64,000 nucleotides of DNA, taken from a virus. Taxonomy: Duplodnaviria > Caudoviricetes. Each line of letters starts with the position of its first letter. The stretch's first letter is position 1. Position numbers and translations under genes: made by a program. The notes below the pieces were generated by a model. It searched no databases. It was not told the origin of the DNA and was given only the letters and a program-made list of their open reading frames with translations. The DNA lies in the IMG/VR virus record IMGVR_UViG_3300025098_005131. One strand, given 5' to 3'. This document shows positions 22,227-30,784 of the stretch, one piece after another.

Positions 22227-24109
22227 TATATAAACCTTAGTATACTATTACAAGTAACATGCTTTTTAATACCAGAAACAATATCTACATATTCAAATTC
22301 CAACTTTATTCTTTTATTTTTAAAAGCACTCGCACAATATAGTTTCAAAACATAACTGTTGCCTAAATGTTTAAGTTTCATGTCTTCTTTAGTAAAAGGA
22401 GTTAGATTATCACCATCCCAGTCAATCGGAATAGAATCTATTAGAGTTTTATTTTCGTCAACACAAATAATATTGTAAAAAACGTCGCCAACGTCTTCTG
22501 ATTCTAGATCAATTTGAACATTCCTTGCGTCATATTGTCTTTTAGTATCAATAAAGTCTACTTTGATATTTTGAATTGAATCATTGGCATATAAATCCTT
22601 TTCAGGCATATTGATAATCGCTCTTATATGCTGAACATTGTCTAGAGATTCTGTTACTGGCATTTGAAAAGTTTTTATTTCTTCGTTGACAAGAATCGCT
22701 GGATCGTTTACGTGTCTGTAGACAAATTTTAAATCAACCTTGCCATTACTAACAATTTTTTGCTTTATGAAATCATTTGTTAAAGTAATAATATTATCAG
22801 CAACTATAAATTGTTTAATTCCTGTAAGTTTATTGCCTTTATAAGAGTAAACATCTGTTCCTAAAATAGGCCCAAATTCTAAAGCTTCATCTTCTTCTGA
22901 GTTTATTATTAACTCAATGTCATCACTAAAGTCTTTAAGCCTATTATTAGTGACTTTATTGAATATGAAAAATGTTTCTTGGTTCGCAATAAATCTATTT
23001 TTATCTGAGTATGTTGCTTCGTTAATCAAGTCATCTTTTATCTTAACTTCTATGCGAGGATAATCAATTTTGTTTCTTGTATCTTTACTGGCAAACCTTT
23101 TTACAAAATAGGTGTTTTCATTAAACAAATCCGTATAGTTAAAACCTACAACAAACGATTGACTTGTAACATTTCCTGCTAAGTATTCATCAAAGTAGTC
23201 TGTTATATCAAAATACAGCTCTTCGTTGCCATCAATAAAGTCAAAAGAAGCCTCAAATACTTGATCATTACTAAGTTTAACACAATCTTCTTCAGATACA
23301 AAGCTGTTTGCATGCCAGTCGTTGCTTTCGTTTATGTTAACAAAATTACTAATGCCTAAGTCTGAAAAGTGTATTGTATCTTTGCCAAGGCCTTCAACAA
23401 AATCATTCTTTAATGCTCTTAGCTTTAGAGTAAAGTTTCTAGGTTTTGTATTTAGATTACCTACATCTTTAAGTTTAATATATACTCTATAGTTGTTTTT
23501 ATTGCTAAAAGCAGACTGTGCTAAATTAAATACGTGATCTGTTTTTAATCTATCAAGGTTAAACCTCAAAAGACCTGCAGAATGTTCAAACAAGTAAAAA
23601 TTAGAAACAATTATGTTTGAATTTACTTGGCTACTGTTTTCTTTTTTTCCTGATACACCACTTATATTTTGTGTCAATAATATCTTGTTATCTGATATTT
23701 CTTTTGCTGTAATTGTGAAAGTTAGATTATTTGCAAAATTATTAACACTATTTATTGCATCACGTAGTCTTTCTAAAGTTTGTTGTATAGTCAAAGTATT
23801 CGATAGACCTACTATGACATCTTCTCCATCAAGCGTGCCATCAAAAGCATTAGATTCGTGCACAAACTTAAAAGAAACTCCATTCTCATTGTTTAAAATA
23901 TTATTATCTCTTAATGTAATAGTTGAACCATTTATTGGAACATCATTTATTTCAATGAGTGCTCTTGCTTTTATTTTTTTATTTTCTCTTGCAATTTTAA
24001 AAAGATCTATAGTAGATGACTTTCCTACATTTGATAGCTCACCTACGTTTGTACTTGTTACTGCATTTGTTACATATGTGTCTTTTAATATTTCACCTAA
24101 AATAATCAT
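22226..24109 (-). CDS. Hypothetical structural protein (baseplate region)
   Basis: 627 aa, directly downstream of the baseplate J-like gene; TAATG coupling to the next gene. Confidence 0.65.
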   Translation of the reverse strand: MIILGEILKDTYVTNAVTSTNVGELSNVGKSSTIDLFKIARENKKIKARALIEINDVPINGSTITLRDNNILNNENGVSFKFVHESNAFDGTLDGEDVIVGLSNTLTIQQTLERLRDAINSVNNFANNLTFTITAKEISDNKILLTQNISGVSGKKENSSQVNSNIIVSNFYLFEHSAGLLRFNLDRLKTDHVFNLAQSAFSNKNNYRVYIKLKDVGNLNTKPRNFTLKLRALKNDFVEGLGKDTIHFSDLGISNFVNINESNDWHANSFVSEEDCVKLSNDQVFEASFDFIDGNEELYFDITDYFDEYLAGNVTSQSFVVGFNYTDLFNENTYFVKRFASKDTRNKIDYPRIEVKIKDDLINEATYSDKNRFIANQETFFIFNKVTNNRLKDFSDDIELIINSEEDEALEFGPILGTDVYSYKGNKLTGIKQFIVADNIITLTNDFIKQKIVSNGKVDLKFVYRHVNDPAILVNEEIKTFQMPVTESLDNVQHIRAIINMPEKDLYANDSIQNIKVDFIDTKRQYDARNVQIDLESEDVGDVFYNIICVDENKTLIDSIPIDWDGDNLTPFTKEDMKLKHLGNSYVLKLYCASAFKNKRIKLEFEYVDIVSGIKKHVTCNSILRFI

Positions 24110-24119
24110 TCTTTAACCT

Positions 24120-25985
24120 TTAATTGCTTATAACTACTACGTCGCTTAAATATTTTAATTCAAAAATTCCTCCTCTAGGAGGAAAAACAATTCCATTATC
24201 ATAGTTTTCAAAAGGTGAAAATCTATTTTCACTATAATCTTTAAGCTGTGTTGAAGAATTTTGTTGTAACTCATCAAAAGAAGTGTAAGATCTAACTATA
24301 GTCTTGTAATTTGAAGATATTGTCATGACACCAGGCACTGCTAAAGTTATTGCAATAATATTGTTTACATTAATTCCTTCACCAATCTGTAATGCCTTAA
24401 ACTCCATCTGTTGTATTATTGAATTCTTTATTTGTCTTATAACATTATTTACATCATAATTTGACTTAATTTTAGCTTTTAGAAAAATTTTAAAATTATA
24501 TATTGGAGAATCTACTATATTAAACGTGTCGCCGATTAATCTAAAATTATTAATGAAATTAGAAAGATTAACTTTAATTGCATCATTAGCACTAACAAGA
24601 TTGTCATCAATATCTTTACAAATTACAAACAAATCTTTTGATATTTTTGTAAAAGGATTGGGTAAAAGTGCAGCTTTGTAAATTTTTCCAAAATTTGTAG
24701 GCATCGTGTAAATTCTAGCAATTAAATCTTCATGGTTTACTATTCTTGACTGCATTTTTACTGCTAAAGGAATTTGCTTTTTTAATTCATCAATATCAAT
24801 AGCTTCAGCGCCACCAACTGCATTTTCAGGATTGTTAACTGACATTGTTGATTTTACAATATCAAAATTTGAACTGGTGTTATCACTTTCCGTATTACCA
24901 AATCTTATTAATAAACTATCTATAGTGTTAATCGAACCTGACCTTACGTTATGAGAAATGCCTCCGCCATACTTATATTTAATAGTCAAAGTATTTCCTG
25001 CTGGAGAAACTCCTAAGCTGTCACTTGAAATTAGCTTTTTAGGGTCTAAAGAAAAATTTGTAAAGTATTCTCTACCCACAAGAGGTAGAGTTAATACTTC
25101 TGGGTTTATTAATAAACCATCATCTAATATTGTTTTTCCTTCGCCATTACCAAACCTTATAGTTGTTAATCCGTCGTCAAAGTCTCTTTCTAGAACGTAT
25201 CTATAAGGCGCAGCTCTAACTTCAAAATAGTCTTCGTTTCTATTGTTTTCTATTCTTTTATATATAGTATCTTGTGTCAAATGTTCTACTTCAAAATATA
25301 GGTTATTAGTTTCATTATCTCTTATACTAATAACATTTGTAACATTTTCATTAGAGATAGTATAACTTAAAAAATCACTGGTTTGTGTCGGGTCAAAGCT
25401 AACAGTTTCAGTTGTAACTTCCCCTGAAGTACAAAGCCCTTGCTTTTTAACAAATAAATGAGTGATATTATCATTGTTACCATTGTTTCTTAAAACACTT
25501 GTTACAATAAATTCTTTAGTAAAATCAACATCTTCTTCGAGAGTAAAAGGTATTCCATCATTTGAAGATATTTGAGTTCCTTTTAAAATAGTCGGCAACA
25601 TCTCCGGATTAGGCTCTGTAGAGTTTTCTGATAACGCCGCAACAATGCAAGAAAAGTCTACGTATACGCTAGAGGGCGAAGCAAATCCTGATTGGATGTT
25701 AGCTTTTTTAAGATGATTGTTTATATTGAATTCAGAAGTTGCAGTCTCATAGTTGAGTTCATTTATTTGAAAATCGACGTAATTTGTCAAAGATTCACCA
25801 ACAATCGATGCAAAATCTAAAAACATGCCTCCAAGGCTCGACTCTGAAAAGTCTTGAATTTGATTTTCAAAGTTTTTAGAAGCGTAATCTAAGAGTTCAC
25901 TTTTAAAATCATCTCTTGTCTTAGCGATAAAGTTGTTTCTATTTGTTGCGTTTTTTTCGCTATTTTTTAAAATAATATTTGTCAA
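24120..25985 (-). CDS. Baseplate wedge subunit (baseplate J / T4 gp6-like)
   Basis: RDDFKSEL..DFSESSLGGMFLDFAS.VGE; IRFGNG; YKYGGG..NV; VNNPENAVGGAEAIDIDELK..PL..KMQSRIVNHED match the gp6/BpJ architecture. Confidence 0.85.
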   Translation of the reverse strand: MTNIILKNSEKNATNRNNFIAKTRDDFKSELLDYASKNFENQIQDFSESSLGGMFLDFASIVGESLTNYVDFQINELNYETATSEFNINNHLKKANIQSGFASPSSVYVDFSCIVAALSENSTEPNPEMLPTILKGTQISSNDGIPFTLEEDVDFTKEFIVTSVLRNNGNNDNITHLFVKKQGLCTSGEVTTETVSFDPTQTSDFLSYTISNENVTNVISIRDNETNNLYFEVEHLTQDTIYKRIENNRNEDYFEVRAAPYRYVLERDFDDGLTTIRFGNGEGKTILDDGLLINPEVLTLPLVGREYFTNFSLDPKKLISSDSLGVSPAGNTLTIKYKYGGGISHNVRSGSINTIDSLLIRFGNTESDNTSSNFDIVKSTMSVNNPENAVGGAEAIDIDELKKQIPLAVKMQSRIVNHEDLIARIYTMPTNFGKIYKAALLPNPFTKISKDLFVICKDIDDNLVSANDAIKVNLSNFINNFRLIGDTFNIVDSPIYNFKIFLKAKIKSNYDVNNVIRQIKNSIIQQMEFKALQIGEGINVNNIIAITLAVPGVMTISSNYKTIVRSYTSFDELQQNSSTQLKDYSENRFSPFENYDNGIVFPPRGGIFELKYLSDVVVISN

Positions 25986-25990
25986 TTTGC

Positions 25991-26482
25991 TTACCTCGAA
26001 GATGCTATGTTTAGTATTAATTCGTGTGATTTGTCACTCAATAATGGAATATTAAACTCAATAATGACTTTATGATACTCCCCGTCCAAATCATTATTTC
26101 TAAATTTTGTAGAAGTAAAGTTTATCAAATTAATTGAGGGTAAATATTCTGTCACTGCTTCTTGAACTTCTTGTGTAACGATATCATTAACATCGTCAAT
26201 ATCAGTTCTGGAGTATAAATCTATTATATTCGTTCCAAAGTTTGGTTTTGTAAGATATTCTCCTTTTCTTGTAAGAATTAAAGTTTTAAGATCAACTAGA
26301 AGCTGATCTTCTGGAGAATACGTCATTGCAAATAAACTTTCTGAACTTTTCTTTTTACTTTGAATAGGTAGAATAATACCAAAAGGCTTATTTTTTTTAC
26401 CTTGTATTTTTTCTAAATACTCTTCAGAGTCAACAAAATCGTTTACTTTTTTGCCTGAATTTTTAAATTTAAACTTTGACAT
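25991..26482 (-). CDS. Baseplate wedge protein, T4 gp25 / GPW-like
   Basis: DQLLVDLKTLILTRKGEYLTKPNFGTNI..EVQEAVTEYLPSI matches the gp25 motif (L.T..GER...P.FG). Confidence 0.85.
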   Translation of the reverse strand: MSKFKFKNSGKKVNDFVDSEEYLEKIQGKKNKPFGIILPIQSKKKSSESLFAMTYSPEDQLLVDLKTLILTRKGEYLTKPNFGTNIIDLYSRTDIDDVNDIVTQEVQEAVTEYLPSINLINFTSTKFRNNDLDGEYHKVIIEFNIPLLSDKSHELILNIASSR

Positions 26483-26506
26483 TACTAATTCTCTTTAAAT
26501 AATACA

Positions 26507-26516
26507 TAATAAATAT
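26507..26516 (-). promoter_or_regulatory. Putative late-promoter motif ATATTTATTA
   Basis: 24 nt before the gp25-like start. Confidence 0.35.
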
Positions 26517-26520
26517 CAAA

Positions 26521-28395
26521 TTATACAGTTTTAGCTAGCTTACTAAGAATACTATCTAAATTTTGATTAATTAAATCGAGTCTATCTGATAAAGCATTAT
26601 TTGCATTAAAGTTTTTGTCAATAGACTTTTGATATTCGTCTATCTTGCTATTTATTTTATTGATACTAGAGTTTAAAGATGAATGATAATTGATTAACAA
26701 TGCAAGAACAGATGCTGCAGCAGCGCCAGGAGGTCCTGCAGCACTTAAGCTACTTTGTAAAGGTGCAGTAATTGATGAATCCAAAGGTGTTAAAGAGATT
26801 TCAAGTTCAGACTTAACAGTATCAAAAACGCTTTTTGTATCTAAAAGCATTTTCCTTGTTTGTTTTAAATTTAAAATCTTTACGTTATTAATCTCTTCAA
26901 TAAACTCTTTAAGCTGTTCACCTAAAACTAAACTTTGAGAATCATTGCTGCTGCCGCCTATAAAAACAGAAGGTGTCTTTCCGTTTTGAAGAAAGCTATA
27001 TCTTTTAGATTCTCCAATTGTAATAGTAGGAGCACTTAAAACAATATTACCTAAATTTGTTAATGTAATGTGACTAGAAATATCGTCTTGTGTATTAGGC
27101 TTTAAAAAGCTCATTACACCTGCAGCATCTTTATGTAAAGAAAAGACGATGTTATTAGAAACACAAGCTACTGAAGGTGTGTTTTTAAAGGTATTTTCAA
27201 AATTGCTAGAAAAAGAAGCACCTGCATAAAAAAAGTTTTTAAAAGTCTTTTCTTGATTTTTTATATTTGAAGTGTTTTTTTGTGGTACAAGGATTTCCTT
27301 ACTTAAATCTTGAAAGTTAAAGTCAACTTCTTTTAAAAAATCAATTATTTCGCTGCCTGATTCTGATATTACTAGCTTAGACAGATCGTTATCAAAGCTA
27401 GTAGAAGATTTAAATCTAATATTTTCTTTAAACTTTTCATTTTTTCTTGAATCACCTGCAAAAATTCTTTGAGACTTAACTGTTTCCTTGAAAAAACCAT
27501 TATCAATTACAGGCATAGCACTGTTGTAATTAGAAATATTTATATCTTTAATTTCTTCAATTTTTTTTTCATTAGGCTTATAAACTTTAAATACACTACT
27601 GTCCTCAGGAGAAATTCGTCTAGACTTTTTATTTAACCCAGCAATTAAGTCAACTTTACTATATTTTGCAGGAACAGTATTACTTGATCCTTCACCATCT
27701 TCAAGTGATGCATTCTCATCAGTAAGTTTTATTATACTACCATAAGTTCCTTGCAAAACAGTATCAGTTGATTTATTTAAATTTCTTTCTACACCATCAA
27801 TATTATAAAGCTTTATTTTATTTATAATATTGTTGAAGGCATTTTCTGTAATGTGTGTTTTAAATCCAAACTGATTTTCAAATACATTAACGATAGAATC
27901 AGATATTTCTGCAGCTGACTTTAAAAAGCTTTCATAGCTATTTGCGCCAGAAGATAAACTTTTGTTTTCTAAGTCAAATATATCTGATTTGTTTTTTGAA
28001 TAAACGTTGTTGTCTCTATCAATTAGCGTTAACCCAACATCCTCTGTGTTTAATAATCCGTGCGCTCTACCAAAATAAACACCATGAACTGCCTGTTTTG
28101 ACTTTGCCTTGTTTATAGGGTAAAACCAAACAGACTCTGTTGCCTTAACAGGAGTGTTAACGTGTGATGAAACAATAGGTATTAGTATCACAAATCTACT
28201 GTCTTGCTTACAATGACAAAATAAAGCCTCTGGAGGTAAGTTTTCTGCAAATCTAACAAATTGCTTGTTTTGCAATCCGTCGTTGCTGTCAAAAAAGTAT
28301 CTTCGAATGTTTAGCTCTTTAAGACTTTGATCTACAAGATTAGCATTGCCAGCATCGTTTTCAACAATATACAAGATAGTTGCAATTTTTAACAT
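26521..28395 (-). CDS. Putative baseplate hub/spike protein (T4 gp5-like N-terminal OB fold)
   Basis: ILIP..SHVNTPVKATESVWFY (P....P..GE.V-type OB motif), DTVLQGTYGSIIKL and C-terminal LVLGEQL; adjacent to gp25-like and gp6-like genes. Confidence 0.5.
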   Translation of the reverse strand: MLKIATILYIVENDAGNANLVDQSLKELNIRRYFFDSNDGLQNKQFVRFAENLPPEALFCHCKQDSRFVILIPIVSSHVNTPVKATESVWFYPINKAKSKQAVHGVYFGRAHGLLNTEDVGLTLIDRDNNVYSKNKSDIFDLENKSLSSGANSYESFLKSAAEISDSIVNVFENQFGFKTHITENAFNNIINKIKLYNIDGVERNLNKSTDTVLQGTYGSIIKLTDENASLEDGEGSSNTVPAKYSKVDLIAGLNKKSRRISPEDSSVFKVYKPNEKKIEEIKDINISNYNSAMPVIDNGFFKETVKSQRIFAGDSRKNEKFKENIRFKSSTSFDNDLSKLVISESGSEIIDFLKEVDFNFQDLSKEILVPQKNTSNIKNQEKTFKNFFYAGASFSSNFENTFKNTPSVACVSNNIVFSLHKDAAGVMSFLKPNTQDDISSHITLTNLGNIVLSAPTITIGESKRYSFLQNGKTPSVFIGGSSNDSQSLVLGEQLKEFIEEINNVKILNLKQTRKMLLDTKSVFDTVKSELEISLTPLDSSITAPLQSSLSAAGPPGAAAASVLALLINYHSSLNSSINKINSKIDEYQKSIDKNFNANNALSDRLDLINQNLDSILSKLAKTV

Positions 28396-28399
28396 TTTT

Positions 28400-28777
28400 T
28401 TACCCGTTTATTTTACTAAAGATATCATCATCTGATATACTTTCAGACTTTTCTTCTTCTTTTGCTATGAGTTCCGCTAATTTAAGTATTTGATCATTTG
28501 ATTTGCTCATTCTCTCAATGTATTTTGACATAATAGAACCGATATTCATGTGTTCATTTACACCTCCTTGCATAGATATATAAGCATCGTTAAATAAAAG
28601 CTTTGCTTTTTCTCTATCTTCAAGTGCATTTTCATAAATATCTTTCCACAGCATCTTTTTTTTGTCTTCTAAAGAGTCAATGTTATCCAAAATATCAGCA
28701 AAGTTTTTGATTTGTTTTTCTTTTTTTTCGTTTTTATCTAAGTCTTTACTTGCTTTTTCAATCTCGTTAGTGTTCAT
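28400..28777 (-). CDS. Small helical protein, possibly terminase small subunit-like
   Basis: 125 aa. HMNIGSIMSKYIERMSKSNDQILKLAELIAK loosely resembles the T4 gp16 helical core; weak. Confidence 0.3.
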   Translation of the reverse strand: MNTNEIEKASKDLDKNEKKEKQIKNFADILDNIDSLEDKKKMLWKDIYENALEDREKAKLLFNDAYISMQGGVNEHMNIGSIMSKYIERMSKSNDQILKLAELIAKEEEKSESISDDDIFSKING

Positions 28778-28785
28778 ATTTTTTC

Positions 28786-29538
28786 CTAAAAGAATAAATC
28801 AAATTCTTCTTTTGTTCCACTTATTTTTTTAAAATGCTTTCTAATTGTAGAAAGCGAAGAGCTAAGCTCTGTGCTATTTAGACCAGAAATTTCTCTAAGG
28901 TATACAAAAACTGCTCTTTTGTTTAGATAATCTAAGTCGTCTGCCTTCATAAATATTTCCCTTACAGCTTCAATACATCTTAAGTCTCTTTCATCCTTAA
29001 GCCTTGTTTTAATTTCTACAACTATACTATCTATGTTTTTAGTTAAAATTGCTTTTCTTTCAAGTCTATATTGAGTTTCATCAAATTCCATGTCAGCTAA
29101 TTGTCGCTTTTCTGCTGATGTAAAATCTTCTGTTGCGTCAAATGATACACTTCTTTTAGCGTTTTTCAAAAGTCTTCTAGAATGTATTGTTAGCCAATTT
29201 TTTGCAACAACATTAAAATATGAGAATGCTTTTGTTCCATTATCAGGATTCCACTTGTGAAGAGTTTCAAATAAAAAAGTTACGCAATCAGACTTTAAGT
29301 GTGTTATTTCTTCATTTGTTGATTTAAATTTGTAAACTGAAACTAAGTTGTGAACTAATTCTTCAAATGCTGTATGTATGTGTTTTGAATATATTCTATT
29401 TTTTTTAATTTTTCGATCTTCGTTTTGATAATCGACAATTTTACTTTGCGTTTCAGCAGTAAAATAATAATTCTTTTTTTTCTTCTTTTCTCTAGTATTT
29501 TTTTTATCGTTCAATTCAGTAGCTTTCTTCATCATCAT
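28786..29538 (-). CDS. Phage RNA polymerase sigma factor, T4 gp55-like (late)
   Basis: NYYFT at the N-terminus and LHKWNPDNGTKAFSYFNVVAKNWL match the gp55 region-2 pattern (FDPEK..NPFAYFT). Confidence 0.7.
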   Translation of the reverse strand: MMMKKATELNDKKNTREKKKKKNYYFTAETQSKIVDYQNEDRKIKKNRIYSKHIHTAFEELVHNLVSVYKFKSTNEEITHLKSDCVTFLFETLHKWNPDNGTKAFSYFNVVAKNWLTIHSRRLLKNAKRSVSFDATEDFTSAEKRQLADMEFDETQYRLERKAILTKNIDSIVVEIKTRLKDERDLRCIEAVREIFMKADDLDYLNKRAVFVYLREISGLNSTELSSSLSTIRKHFKKISGTKEEFDLFF

Positions 29539-29830
29539 TAATATCTTTTTTACTTATATTTGCTAAGTCATATGATATTTCGTAAACAATACTTTTAACA
29601 CTTAACACTTCTGTTAAAAGGCTTTTGATTTCAGGACTATCAAAAAAAACAGGTATTTCTGAGATTTGTGAAATTTTATTATATTTGTCGTCTATTTTAT
29701 CAAGAGAATTTTCAATTGTATCTTGAATTTTAATAATTATTAAAGCAAACTTAATACAATAAAAAACTGACAATGTTAACAATACACCTAGTAATATTAA
29801 AAAGTAAATCAAACTACATGTGCCTTTCAA
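29516..29830 (-). CDS. Small membrane-anchored protein with coiled coil
   Basis: 104 aa; hydrophobic LIYFLILLGVLLTLSVFYCIKFALIII followed by a heptad-like segment; start codon uncertain. Confidence 0.55.
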   Translation of the reverse strand: MKGTCSLIYFLILLGVLLTLSVFYCIKFALIIIKIQDTIENSLDKIDDKYNKISQISEIPVFFDSPEIKSLLTEVLSVKSIVYEISYDLANISKKDINDDEESY

Positions 29831-29884
29831 ATAAACTTTAGCAACTATATGTATTATTTATTAATTTTATAAAAAAGTTAATTT

Positions 29885-30736
29885 TTATTTACAATAATCG
29901 GTTCCCTTGAATTCGCAAAACATACAAGAATTTCTATTTTTTAGAAAAAATTGTTTTTCAACAGTTTTAATCATACTTCTAACCATTTTTCTAGACTTTT
30001 CTAAGCTTTTTGGGCCGGCAGAAACTTTTATTAGTTGACAAGATTTACCAATAGTTTTAACCTTTTTGAGCAAAACGAAACCACATTGTATATCTTTCAT
30101 TTCAACATTGTGCTTTGTTCCCCAGAAGTGTTTATAAAGTATCACTTGCGCTTGCGTATTAAAGTCTCTTTGTTTATCTAAAGACCATCCTCTTCCACTC
30201 GAAGTCTTCCAGTCAATAACCCAATACTTATATTTGTCTTTATAAGGTATTTTAATAATGCAATCAATATAACCTTTAAACTTTGTCGGAATGTTTTCCA
30301 TGTTTTCATAGATTGCCTCTTCAGCAGACACTATTTCCCAGCTAGGAAAAGTATCGTTCATAAATTGTGGCATTGAATTCAAGCTAGTCTCTGCCCACTG
30401 AAGCCAGTCTTTTAATTTATTATGTTTATACTTCCAACCTTGTAATTGTGCTCTATTTGTTTGTAGTTGAATAAAATCTTCTGCATCAAAACCGTGTTCA
30501 TCCCAAGCTAATTTAATCTTATTTTGGGCTTCTTCGATTTTAAGCTCTTTTGTTTTTAAAAAATGTTCACATGCATCGTGGATTATTGTTCCGTAATGTA
30601 GATGTGGGCTTTCTTCAAAAGTCCTCATTTTATCTATATATAATAACTTATGTCGCCAAGGACATTCTTTCCATTGGCGAACCTCAGAATAGGAGACATG
30701 CTCCTTTAAAATAGTCATAACAGACCTCACTTTCAA
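29885..30736 (-). CDS. PD-(D/E)XK exonuclease, Cas4/AddB-like with a 4-Cys Fe-S staple
   Basis: SYSEVRQWKECP..LHYGTIIH..FKGYIDCII..VIDWKTS..QVILY..CMFCEFKGTDYC. The likelier start is the ATG at 30718 (MTILKEHV). Confidence 0.85.
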   Translation of the reverse strand: MKVRSVMTILKEHVSYSEVRQWKECPWRHKLLYIDKMRTFEESPHLHYGTIIHDACEHFLKTKELKIEEAQNKIKLAWDEHGFDAEDFIQLQTNRAQLQGWKYKHNKLKDWLQWAETSLNSMPQFMNDTFPSWEIVSAEEAIYENMENIPTKFKGYIDCIIKIPYKDKYKYWVIDWKTSSGRGWSLDKQRDFNTQAQVILYKHFWGTKHNVEMKDIQCGFVLLKKVKTIGKSCQLIKVSAGPKSLEKSRKMVRSMIKTVEKQFFLKNRNSCMFCEFKGTDYCK

Positions 30737-30760
30737 TATTATTATAGTAAAAGTGAGGTC
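30723..30760. terminator. Inverted repeat/hairpin (11-bp arms, 16-nt loop) between the fibre gene and the nuclease
   Basis: GACCTCACTTT (30723..30733) and AAAGTGAGGTC (30750..30760) are perfect reverse complements, 24 nt downstream of the 30785 stop. No strong U-tract. Confidence 0.35.
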
Positions 30761-30784
30761 AATTGATAAATCTATTTTTAATTA

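Noticed and set aside
23613-24116. 167-aa hydrophobic plus-strand ORF
   Set aside because: Lies antisense to 22226..24109, which belongs to a translationally coupled operon.
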